From Fidelibacterota bacterium (GTDB lineage: Bacteria > Fidelibacterota > Fidelibacteria > Fidelibacterales > DSDE01), in NCBI GenBank assembly GCA_046735395.1, contig JBJKQR010000026.1, positions 1-18,473 of the forward strand: 18,473 bases of DNA. The letters run 5' to 3'. Of the stretch, positions 8,036 through 16,479 are shown piece after piece (position 1 is the stretch's first letter; every line of letters starts with the position of its first letter). The notes below the pieces were generated by a model. The model was given only the letters and a program-made list of their open reading frames with translations, had not been told where the DNA came from and did not search any database. The position numbers were made by a program, and so were the translations under genes.

Positions 8036-9427
8036 GTGTCTCCAATACCCATAGAAATCAGCCCGGATAAGATGACAGCCTATGTCATCTGCGAAGGATC
8101 CGAAAAAGAATACGGCTCGGAGGATGTTGTACTGAAACACCTGAATGCGGAGGGGGTTCGTTTTGGTATTGACAAGGAAAACCTGCATTTCAGGCTGAAA
8201 AGCGCCAAGCACGGAGACAAGGTGCTCGCGGCCCAGGGCAAGGCTCCTGAGAACGGTGAAGATGCCCGCCTTGTCTATCTCGTGGATTTTAAAGATATGG
8301 TGATGGAAGGTGAAAACGCCATCAAGCGTGTGGATTTCAAGAAAATCCGTGAATTTGTTGAAGTGGAGAAAGATCAGGAACTGGTTGCCAAGCTGCCAGC
8401 CTCGAAGGGAAAAGCCGGACGGAATGTTTTGGGAGACGCAGTTTACAATCCGGGGAAGGATATTGAGCTTCCTGCCGGAAAGAATACCTATATAGCGGAA
8501 GATGGACTGACCCTAAGAGCAAAAATCAGTGGATACCTTTCTATGACAGACAAAAAAATGATTGTCGACAATACGCTTACGATTAAGGGAAATGTCGATT
8601 TCAGTACCGGCAATATTTCCTATCAGGGTGATGTTGTGATTGAAGGTGATGTGAGGTCCGGATTCAAAGTGTTTGCCACCGATGATATCCTCATCAAAGG
8701 CAACGTGGATGCGGCTGACATCTTTTCCAAGAATGGCAATATCACCGTGGAACTGGGCGTTCTCGGCAAGAATAAGGCCAAGCTCCTGGCGGGGCAGAAT
8801 ATTGTCTGCGGCTTTGTGCAGGATGCATCCGTCGGCGCAAAGAATGATATCATCATCCGGCGCTATGCATTTAATGCCTCTCTGTCGGCCGGTCAGAAAA
8901 TTCTTGCTGTCGAGGAGGAGGGACTCATCCGCGGCGGTACCATCGTGGCCGATGAAAGTATTGAAGTCATTTCCGCCGGATCCCTGCAGAACAAGGTAAC
9001 CGAGCTGCGGATCAGTGATTCGGAATATTATGAGCAAGATACGCAGGAGCTCGAAAAGAAACGCAGCCGGAACGATCTGGAAGCAGAGCTGTCTGTGGCC
9101 CGCAAACGCTATGATTTCCTCTCACTGCTGGGGCAGCGCCTGGGGAAACTGTCTGCCGAAAAACAATCCGAACTTGATTCGGTCCTGGAAAAGATTTCAA
9201 GTCTGGAAGCAAAAATCGAGAAGGAAAAATTAACGCCTGCTCCGGAAGCTGAGGACAGTAAGGATATTGAAAAGGAAAAATACATCATTGTCAGAGACCG
9301 CTGTTACCGGGGTGTCAACCTGCAGATCGGGGAAGCGCAGACGAAGATTGAGGAACATCTGATGGCATTGAAAATTACTCGCAGAGATGATGCATTAGTT
9401 ATAACATCACTCGATAAGGGGGAGTGA
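8036..9427 (+). CDS. FapA / DUF342 family flagellar assembly protein
   Basis: 463 aa with a GTG start. N-terminal IEISPDKMTAYV...GVRFGID...AQGKAPENGEDA, beta-helix repeats GNVDFSTGNISYQGDVVIEGDVRSGFKVFA, GLIRGG and a C-terminal coiled coil are all typical of DUF342. Confidence 0.9.
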   Translation: MSPIPIEISPDKMTAYVICEGSEKEYGSEDVVLKHLNAEGVRFGIDKENLHFRLKSAKHGDKVLAAQGKAPENGEDARLVYLVDFKDMVMEGENAIKRVDFKKIREFVEVEKDQELVAKLPASKGKAGRNVLGDAVYNPGKDIELPAGKNTYIAEDGLTLRAKISGYLSMTDKKMIVDNTLTIKGNVDFSTGNISYQGDVVIEGDVRSGFKVFATDDILIKGNVDAADIFSKNGNITVELGVLGKNKAKLLAGQNIVCGFVQDASVGAKNDIIIRRYAFNASLSAGQKILAVEEEGLIRGGTIVADESIEVISAGSLQNKVTELRISDSEYYEQDTQELEKKRSRNDLEAELSVARKRYDFLSLLGQRLGKLSAEKQSELDSVLEKISSLEAKIEKEKLTPAPEAEDSKDIEKEKYIIVRDRCYRGVNLQIGEAQTKIEEHLMALKITRRDDALVITSLDKGE

Positions 9428-9428
9428 C

Positions 9429-10802
9429 ATGAAGCAGGATCTGAGAATACTCGTTGTTGATGATGAAAAGCCCATCGTCGATACCCTTCTTATATATTTT
9501 GAACGTCTCGGTTATAATGTGACCGGTTACAGTGATTCGGTCAAGGCTTTTGAAGTGCTGCAGACCGAGCGGTTCGACATTGTTTTTACCGATCTGAAGA
9601 TGCCGGATGTGAGCGGAATGGATATTGTCCGTCAGATCAAGGAACAGCACAATGATACGCTGGTTATTATTTTCACCGGTTATGCCACCACCGATTCGGC
9701 CATTGAGGCCATTCAGTACGGCGTATATGATTATATCCGCAAACCCTTCAAACTGGATGAAATCCGTGTCGTTCTGGACCGGGCCATCGAAAAACTGCTG
9801 CTGAGACGGGAAAATATCGCGCTCAACCGCAAAATCGAGAAAATGCTGTCGCAGGTGACAATGCTGGCGGACATCACCGCCATCCTGTATCAGGTGGATG
9901 CCTTTGATGAGGTTTCGGGCATGATCCTCGATACGCTGACCGAAGGCCTGGATATTTCCAAGGTCGGTATTATCGGCCGGAATGATAAACACGAATTTTC
10001 CGTATTCAGTCACCGGAATCTTCCCGATTCACTGGTTGACAATCTGAATTTTACCGAGCATTCAAACTTGAATGACAGCCCGATCACCGCAGATCAGGCC
10101 CTCATCCTGCATGAAATCTTTGACAAGGGGCTGAAGGTGGACGGCGTGTCGGTGTGGCAGGAAGATTCCATCAACGAAATGATTTTTGTTCCCATCCGAT
10201 ATCTGGATCATATTCACGGATATATTCTCATCTGTGATCCGGAAAATGAAAATTTCAACCACGATGACATTATCCGTCTGACCACCATCCTGTCAACTCA
10301 CATTTCGCCTATCTTCCAGACGGAAAAGTATGATTACAGCACGAAGAAAAGTTTTTCCAAGACCTTTGATCAGCTGGTTGTGGATATGACCAGCGCGGAA
10401 ATTGATCTGGCCAAGAAACAGAGTAAATCCGTGACATTTGTTCTCTATCATCTGCAGAACCTGATTTTTCTGGATCAGAACGTGAATGTGACGGATTATG
10501 GTATGCGTTTCAAACAGCGCATCATGGAGGAATTTGAAGGAAAATACGATGTCCTTCAGCAGTATTATGATTCCGTACTGGTTATCATGCCCGGCGCAAA
10601 TCCCCTTGATATCGAATTCAATTCCGCGACCATCAAGCAGGATATCGAAACTATGTTTAAAAATGAGGATTCTGCGGCGATGTTCACAGTGCACTATGCG
10701 GCCCACACCTTTATCAAGAGTCAGGATAATGCCCTGGATATCCTCAATGAACTGAACCGGAATATTCTTAACCAGAACGTGGAACTTCCCGAATCCATCT
10801 GA
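9429..10802 (+). CDS. Response regulator: receiver + coiled coil + GAF-like + degenerate GGDEF-like C-terminal domain
   Basis: Intact receiver (VVDDE, FTDLKMP, FTGY, YIRKPF), then a heptad helix and a GAF-like segment (...MIFVPIRYLDHIHGYILI...IIRLTTILSTHIS). The C-terminus follows GGDEF-domain spacing (AKKQSKSVTFVLYHL...YDVLQQYYDSVLVIMPG...FTVHYAAHTF...ALDILNEL) without the GGDEF motif. The receiver call is firm; the other domains are pattern inference. Confidence 0.8.
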   Translation: MKQDLRILVVDDEKPIVDTLLIYFERLGYNVTGYSDSVKAFEVLQTERFDIVFTDLKMPDVSGMDIVRQIKEQHNDTLVIIFTGYATTDSAIEAIQYGVYDYIRKPFKLDEIRVVLDRAIEKLLLRRENIALNRKIEKMLSQVTMLADITAILYQVDAFDEVSGMILDTLTEGLDISKVGIIGRNDKHEFSVFSHRNLPDSLVDNLNFTEHSNLNDSPITADQALILHEIFDKGLKVDGVSVWQEDSINEMIFVPIRYLDHIHGYILICDPENENFNHDDIIRLTTILSTHISPIFQTEKYDYSTKKSFSKTFDQLVVDMTSAEIDLAKKQSKSVTFVLYHLQNLIFLDQNVNVTDYGMRFKQRIMEEFEGKYDVLQQYYDSVLVIMPGANPLDIEFNSATIKQDIETMFKNEDSAAMFTVHYAAHTFIKSQDNALDILNELNRNILNQNVELPESI

Positions 10803-10852
10803 TCGCAGATATGAAGTTCCCGTCAAGCATATTTTTATCCTGAAAGAAACCC

Positions 10853-12223
10853 ATGTCAAAACGACTTCTCATCGTCGATGATGATGCCAGTATCCGAAAT
10901 GTTCTGAAGGAAAGTCTCGAGGAGGAAGGCTACGAGGTGGATGCATGCCGTGACGGCTTTGCAGCCTTGGACAGTCTCAGGGAAAATCCGGCGGATCTGG
11001 TCATTTCCGATCTGATGATGCCCGAAATGACGGGTTCGGAATTGCTGAAGAAACTTAAGGAGGAATCCATCGACTGCGGTTTCATCATGGTTACGGCCTA
11101 CGGAACCATTGAGACGGCCGTGGAAGCGCTTCAGCTCGGAGCCTTTGATTTCGTCACCAAACCCTTTTCCATCAAACAGATTACCTCGCGTATTGCGCGG
11201 TTTTTTGATTTTACCGGCCTGCAGGAGGAAAACAGGCAGCTTCGGAAACAGCTGTCAAAAAGCTCCTCAACAAAGAACCTGGTGGGCAGCAGTCCGGCCA
11301 TGTCCATGATATTCAATCAGATAGACATTGTCGCCCAGAGTGACGTTCCGGTCTTTATCGAAGGGGAGAGCGGCACGGGTAAGGAACTGATTGCCCAGGC
11401 CATTCATGACGCGTCCCCGCGAAGTGAGCAGCCTTTTCTGAAGATTAACTGTTCGGCGATCCCGGATACACTCATCGAGAGTACGCTTTTCGGACATGAA
11501 AAAGGCGCCTACACCCATGCGTCAAAAATGACCAAGGGCTATTTTGAGGAAGCGGACGGCGGTACCTTTCTGCTGGATGAAATCACCGAAATGCCCCTCA
11601 GCATGCAGGCAAAATTGCTGCGTGTTCTCCAGGAGGGGGTCATCACCCGCGTCGGTAGTTCGAAGGAAATCAGGGTCAACGTACGGATTATCGCCACTTC
11701 AAACCGGAATCTGGCCCAGGCTATCCGTGACAACCAGTTCCGGCAGGATCTCTATTACCGCCTGAATGTTTTTCCTGTCAAAGTTCCGCCTCTCCGGTCC
11801 CGCAGTGAGGATGTGCCGGGGCTCATTCATCATTTTCTGGAGAAAAACCGCCAGAAATACGGCTATGAGGAAAAGGAGCTGGACAAGGAAAGCCTTGAAC
11901 TGCTCATGCGCCATTCCTGGCCCGGGAATATCCGCGAACTGGAGAATGTCATTGAACGGGCTGTGCTCTACGCCGGATCTGAAAAAATTCTCAGGCCGGA
12001 GCATCTTTCCTTCGGACAGGAGGAAGAGGACAGCCAGCTCGGAGATTATAACGGCGCTCTCATGTCCATCGCCGAAATGGAAAAGATTCTCATATACAAT
12101 ACCCTGAAAAAAACGAATAATAACCGGACCCAGGCCGCGGACATTCTTCAGATCTCTGTCCGGACCCTTCGAAATAAACTTCATGAATACGAAGGAACGG
12201 CAGCGGATGAGGATGATGCCTGA
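10853..12223 (+). CDS. Sigma54-interacting response regulator (NtrC family; FlbD/FlrC/FleR-like flagellar activator candidate)
   Basis: Receiver (IVDDD, ISDLMMP, VTAY, TKPF), AAA+ domain (GESGTGKE, ESTLFGHEKGAYTHA, FLLDEI, QAKLLRVLQ, FRQDLYYRLNV, WPGNIRELEN) and Fis-type HTH NNNRTQAADILQISVRTLRNKLHEY. Confidence 0.93.
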   Translation: MSKRLLIVDDDASIRNVLKESLEEEGYEVDACRDGFAALDSLRENPADLVISDLMMPEMTGSELLKKLKEESIDCGFIMVTAYGTIETAVEALQLGAFDFVTKPFSIKQITSRIARFFDFTGLQEENRQLRKQLSKSSSTKNLVGSSPAMSMIFNQIDIVAQSDVPVFIEGESGTGKELIAQAIHDASPRSEQPFLKINCSAIPDTLIESTLFGHEKGAYTHASKMTKGYFEEADGGTFLLDEITEMPLSMQAKLLRVLQEGVITRVGSSKEIRVNVRIIATSNRNLAQAIRDNQFRQDLYYRLNVFPVKVPPLRSRSEDVPGLIHHFLEKNRQKYGYEEKELDKESLELLMRHSWPGNIRELENVIERAVLYAGSEKILRPEHLSFGQEEEDSQLGDYNGALMSIAEMEKILIYNTLKKTNNNRTQAADILQISVRTLRNKLHEYEGTAADEDDA

Positions 12224-12911
12224 CCCTGCCACGGTTTCCCGCGAATTTCATAATACTCTGAACATCATGGCCGGAATCCTGACTTTTCAGGATGTGCGGG
12301 TTGCCGAGACCCCTGACGCCTACGAAGCCCTGCAGGCTGTGGCGGAGGAATACCGGCAGCGTTACGGACAGCTGCAGATTTCTGAAGTTCCCGATGTGCA
12401 CATTTCCCGACGTCTTTTCAGGGAATTCGGGATCGAACCCACCAAGTACCGCCCGTCATCGGAAGCGCTGCTGCGCCGTGCGCTGAAGCAGAAGGATCTC
12501 TATTCCGTAAACAATGTGGTGGATGTGAGCAATCTCTGCGCGCTGGATTTTCTGCTTCCGAACGGCGTCTATGATCTGCAGCGTATTCACGGTTCGGTTG
12601 TTCTGGGGCCGGGTGCCGCCGGAGCCGGATATGATGCCCTCAATCATCGCTTTGTTCATCTGGAGGGGCGTCTGTGCCTCAGTGACGGGGAGGGAGCCTT
12701 CGGGTCTCCCATGACTGATTCGCTGCGCTGTTCAGTGAAGGATGCTACGGGCCGGATTCTTGCGGTTCTGTACGCACCGGCGAAGTATCCGTCAGACAGA
12801 ATGGAAGGACATCTGAACCGCTTCTCCGAACGGATGGCCGCCTATGCAGAGGCCAGCTGCACCTTCGCCCGGATTGTGCCTCCCGGGCAAAGCTGCGGGA
12901 TTCCTGATTAA
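12207..12911 (+). CDS. Stand-alone B3/4 (PheRS beta editing-like) domain protein
   Basis: Family signature RRLFREFGIEPTKYRPSSEALLRRALKQKDLYSVNNVVDVSNLCAL..LPNGVYDL..I.G, followed by GRLCLSDGEGAFGSPMTDS.R. The start is uncertain: the ORF is open from 12183 with ATGs at 12207, 12213 and 12216, all overlapping the end of the upstream gene. Confidence 0.85.
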   Translation: MRMMPDPATVSREFHNTLNIMAGILTFQDVRVAETPDAYEALQAVAEEYRQRYGQLQISEVPDVHISRRLFREFGIEPTKYRPSSEALLRRALKQKDLYSVNNVVDVSNLCALDFLLPNGVYDLQRIHGSVVLGPGAAGAGYDALNHRFVHLEGRLCLSDGEGAFGSPMTDSLRCSVKDATGRILAVLYAPAKYPSDRMEGHLNRFSERMAAYAEASCTFARIVPPGQSCGIPD

Positions 12912-12920
12912 ACAATTCTG

Positions 12921-12952
12921 TGCCGGGAATATCATTCACACCGGCATTTATT
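12921..12952 (+). terminator. Possible intrinsic terminator closing the cheY...B3/4 transcript
   Basis: TGCCGG-GAAT-atc-ATTC-aca-CCGGCA hairpin 9 nt after the stop, followed by a weak U-tract (TTTATT). Confidence 0.45.
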
Positions 12953-13017
12953 CCTGACAGATACTGACTTGGAGTGCGGCAAACAAAGAGATTGGAATGT
13001 TGTGACTGCTAAAAAGA

Positions 13018-13026
13018 TGCTATATT
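13018..13026 (+). promoter_or_regulatory. Candidate extended -10 promoter for metH
   Basis: TGcTATATT 22 nt upstream of the metH ATG. No well-spaced -35 element (TTGTGA is only 15 nt away). Confidence 0.35.
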
Positions 13027-13048
13027 ATCACGGGGACGGATACGGATT

Positions 13049-16000
13049 ATGAAAAGACCTGATTTTAGTGACGTACTCAAAGAAGACAGACTGTTTTTTG
13101 ATGGTGCCATGGGCACGTCCATACAGCAGTACAACCTGGGTCCTGATGACTATCAGGGCAGGGAGGGCTGCCCGGAAATTCTGAACCTGAGCCGCCCGCA
13201 GCTGATTCAGGGCATTCATGAACAGTATTATCGCGCCGGATGTAATGTGGTGGAAACCAATACCTTCGGTTCGTCCGAACTGGTTCTGGGCGAATACGGC
13301 CTGGAGGCCGACGCATACCGGCTCAGTAAAATAGGCGCCGAACTGGCACGGGAGGTCGCTGCCGGTTTTCAGGATCCTGCCATTCCCCGCTATGTGGCCG
13401 GGAGTATGGGACCGGGATTGAAACTCCCTTCCCTGAGACACATTACGCCGGACTCGGTGGCCAGAGCCTATCTGCCCCAGATCCGCGGCCTGATGGATGG
13501 CGGTGCGGATATTCTCATTATAGAAACCGCTCAGGATATGCTTCATGCCAAAACCCTCCTAAGTGTCGTATTGAAGGAATTCAAATCCCGCGGCCGTCTG
13601 CTTCCCGTTATTTTATCCGTGACTATCGAAAAAAGCGGGACCATGCTGGTGGGATCCGATATTTCCACGGTTATTCACACATTCCGGAATTATCCTCTGA
13701 CGGCTCTGGGTATCAATTGCGCCACCGGGCCCCAGGATATGGCGGACGCGGTGAGAACGCTTCATGAACAGTCACCTTTTCCCGCCTTTGTCATGCCGAA
13801 TGCCGGTTTCCCTCATACGGTTGATGATCACTTCGTCTATGACCTGAATCCGGAACAGTTTGCCCGCCAGATGCACGATTACCTGCGCCGTTATGACCTG
13901 AATATTGTCGGCGGCTGCTGCGGCACGACGCCGGAACATCTTCATCACCTTATCCAGGGTGCGCCCGCTCTTCATCATCCGCTGATGCATGAGTCCAGAA
14001 ATCCTGAATACAGCGTAACCAGCCTGTATTCGGCTCAGCCCCTGAACGTGACGCCACCGCCGCTGCTCATCGGAGAACGGACCAATGCCACCGGTTCGAA
14101 AAAATTCAGGGAAGCGCTGCTGGCTGATGATTTTGAAGCCATGGCCGGGATCGCCGCGTCCCAGATCGCCGAAGGCGCCCACGTGCTGGATGTGAATGTC
14201 GCCTGGGTCGGTCGGGACGAAGTCGCGGATATGCGGGAATTTATCTGCCGTCTCAATACGGCATCGACCATTCCCCTGCAGATCGACAGCACAAATCCGG
14301 ATGTGATGGAAGCTGCCCTGCAGAATACTGCCGGAAAATGTATCCTGAATTCAGTCAATCTGGAGGAGGGAGAGGAGCGGTTTGACCGGATTGCCGGTCT
14401 GGCCTCCCGCTACGGCGCATCGCTCATCATGCTTACCATTGACGAAGAGGGAATGGCCAAACGCTGCGAGGACAAGCTGCGCATCGCGCGCCGCATGATA
14501 CGACGGGCTGTGGAACTGCATGGCCTCCCTATTCAGGATTGTCTCATCGATCCGCTGACCTTCACCCTGGCAAGCGGTGATGAGGACAGCCGGGGGCTGG
14601 CGATGGAAACGCTGAAGGCCATCCGGAACCTGAAAAGTGAATTTCCCGGCCTGAAGCTACTGCTCGGCCTCAGCAATATATCCTTCGGGCTCAAGCCGAA
14701 GGCGCGGCATGTGCTGAATTCCGTCATGATGGATGAAGCCGTGAAACAGGGCCTGGATGCGGCCATTGTTCATGCCGGCCGTATCATCCCGCTGCACAAG
14801 ATCCCGGATGAGCTGCAGAGTCGCGCTCTGGATCTTATTTATGACCGGCAGCATGGTCCCTCCCTGTCGCCGCTCCTGTGCTTCATTCAGGCCTTTGAAG
14901 ATCACGCCGTGACAGATTCGGAGGAAGAGGAAATATCCCTGAGCCTGGAGGAAGGCCTGAAGAAATCCGTCATTGACGGAACGCGGAAACGGATTCTTCC
15001 CCTGCTGGAACAGGCTCTTGAGATTTACGCGCCTTTTAATATCATCAATGAATTCCTCCTGCCCGGCATGGAGGAGGTGGGACGTCTTTTCGGCGCCGGA
15101 AAAATGCAGCTGCCCTTCGTGCTGCAGGCGGCCGAAACCATGAAAATTGCCGTTTCGCATCTCGAGCCGCACATGGAGAAGCAGGAGAACGGAAACCGGG
15201 GAAGCCTGCTGCTGGCTACGGTGAAAGGGGATGTTCACGATATCGGGAAGAACCTGGTGGATATTGTCGTTTCCAATAATGGATTCGATGTGTTCAATAT
15301 CGGGATCAAGCAGAGTATTGAAAATATTCTCGCGGGTGTGGAAACGTATAATCCGGATGTCATCGGCCTCAGCGGCCTTCTGGTCAAATCCGTGCAGGTG
15401 ATGAAGGAATATCTGGAAATCTTCCGGGACCGGGGCATGACCATTCCTGTGATTCTCGGCGGGGCGGCCCTGACCCGCAAGTATGTGGAAAACGAATTGA
15501 GACAGATTTATCCGGGCCCGCTGTATTATGCGGCCGACGCCTTCAAGGGCCTGGACCTGATGAAACGGATCTCCTCCCGCAGCCATGAAGCGCTCATGGC
15601 CGACATGACCGCGCTCCGGCCTGCCGTCACACCGGCTGCCGCATCCGCCACCGGAACGCTCCGGGCTCTGCAGACTCCGCCGGCGTCATTCGCAGTTCCT
15701 GCGCCGGACCATCCTCCGCTGCTGCGCCGGGGAAATCCGGATCCGGATGACGTCCTTCCCTTTATGGATTTTAAGGCGCTGTTTCGCGGACAGTGGCGTC
15801 TGAAACGGCTGGACGACTGGTCCGATGACGAATACGAGGCCTTTCTGAAGAAGGAGGGCCGGGATGTCTTTGATGCCCTGATGAATGAAACGGAAGTCAG
15901 GGCGCTCTTTGACCTGAAATATGCCTACACCTATGTGTACTGCCTCGCGGACGGCGATACCCTGCAGCTCTTCCGAAATCAGAACGATACTGAACCCTGC

Positions 16001-16459
16001 TGCAGCTGGGACTTTCGCAGACAGAAGGGAGGAGGCCTGGCCATTCCTGATTATTTCCGGACTTCGGCCGACGCGGTGAAGGACATTCTGCCCCTGCAGG
16101 TGGTGACCTCCGGTTCACGGATCGTTCCCTATCTCAGCCATAACTATGAAGACCATGAATATAAACGCTATCTGTACCTGCACGGCATTTTCGCCGAAAT
16201 GACGGAAGCGCTGGCCGAGTACGTGCATGGCCTGATCCGAAAGGATCTCGGTTTCAGCGGAGAGGACAGCAAGCGGTCACGGCGCTATTCCTTCGGCTAT
16301 CCGGCCTGTCCCGACCTGGAACAGCAGCGGGAGCTTCTGGCCATTCTGCAGGCCGATTCCATGGGGCTGTCCCTCAGTGAGGAAGACCAGATTGTTCCGG
16401 AGTTTTCCACCTCGGCTTTTATCGTTCATCATCCGGAAGCGAAGTATTTTTCGGTTTAA
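13049..16459 (+). CDS. metH: Cobalamin-dependent methionine synthase
   Basis: 1136 aa with all four modules: homocysteine/Zn domain (FDGAMGT, ETNTFG, GINCATG, GGCCGTT), pterin domain (IGERTNATGSKKF, IDST, GLSNISFG), B12 cap and binding domain (MQLPFVLQAAETMK, TVKGDVHDIGKNLV, SGLLVKS, GGAAL) and reactivation domain (RYSFGYPACPDL, PEFSTSA, HHPEAKYF). Confidence 0.97.
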   Translation: MKRPDFSDVLKEDRLFFDGAMGTSIQQYNLGPDDYQGREGCPEILNLSRPQLIQGIHEQYYRAGCNVVETNTFGSSELVLGEYGLEADAYRLSKIGAELAREVAAGFQDPAIPRYVAGSMGPGLKLPSLRHITPDSVARAYLPQIRGLMDGGADILIIETAQDMLHAKTLLSVVLKEFKSRGRLLPVILSVTIEKSGTMLVGSDISTVIHTFRNYPLTALGINCATGPQDMADAVRTLHEQSPFPAFVMPNAGFPHTVDDHFVYDLNPEQFARQMHDYLRRYDLNIVGGCCGTTPEHLHHLIQGAPALHHPLMHESRNPEYSVTSLYSAQPLNVTPPPLLIGERTNATGSKKFREALLADDFEAMAGIAASQIAEGAHVLDVNVAWVGRDEVADMREFICRLNTASTIPLQIDSTNPDVMEAALQNTAGKCILNSVNLEEGEERFDRIAGLASRYGASLIMLTIDEEGMAKRCEDKLRIARRMIRRAVELHGLPIQDCLIDPLTFTLASGDEDSRGLAMETLKAIRNLKSEFPGLKLLLGLSNISFGLKPKARHVLNSVMMDEAVKQGLDAAIVHAGRIIPLHKIPDELQSRALDLIYDRQHGPSLSPLLCFIQAFEDHAVTDSEEEEISLSLEEGLKKSVIDGTRKRILPLLEQALEIYAPFNIINEFLLPGMEEVGRLFGAGKMQLPFVLQAAETMKIAVSHLEPHMEKQENGNRGSLLLATVKGDVHDIGKNLVDIVVSNNGFDVFNIGIKQSIENILAGVETYNPDVIGLSGLLVKSVQVMKEYLEIFRDRGMTIPVILGGAALTRKYVENELRQIYPGPLYYAADAFKGLDLMKRISSRSHEALMADMTALRPAVTPAAASATGTLRALQTPPASFAVPAPDHPPLLRRGNPDPDDVLPFMDFKALFRGQWRLKRLDDWSDDEYEAFLKKEGRDVFDALMNETEVRALFDLKYAYTYVYCLADGDTLQLFRNQNDTEPCCSWDFRRQKGGGLAIPDYFRTSADAVKDILPLQVVTSGSRIVPYLSHNYEDHEYKRYLYLHGIFAEMTEALAEYVHGLIRKDLGFSGEDSKRSRRYSFGYPACPDLEQQRELLAILQADSMGLSLSEEDQIVPEFSTSAFIVHHPEAKYFSV

Positions 16460-16479
16460 TAATTTATAAGGAGAACGCA

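Noticed and set aside
7769..8212. 147-aa minus-strand ORF over the 84-aa gene and fapA start
   Set aside because: It is antisense within a tightly packed plus-strand operon, and the 84-aa ORF fits the gap exactly.
12990..13012. TTGGAATG...CTGCT as a sigma54 -24/-12 promoter
   Set aside because: The GG-to-GC spacing is 13 nt rather than the required 10.
15600..15730. Pro/Ala-rich stretch in MetH considered as an insertion, intein or frameshift
   Set aside because: It is in frame, lacks intein motifs and lies at the normally variable linker between the B12-binding and reactivation domains.
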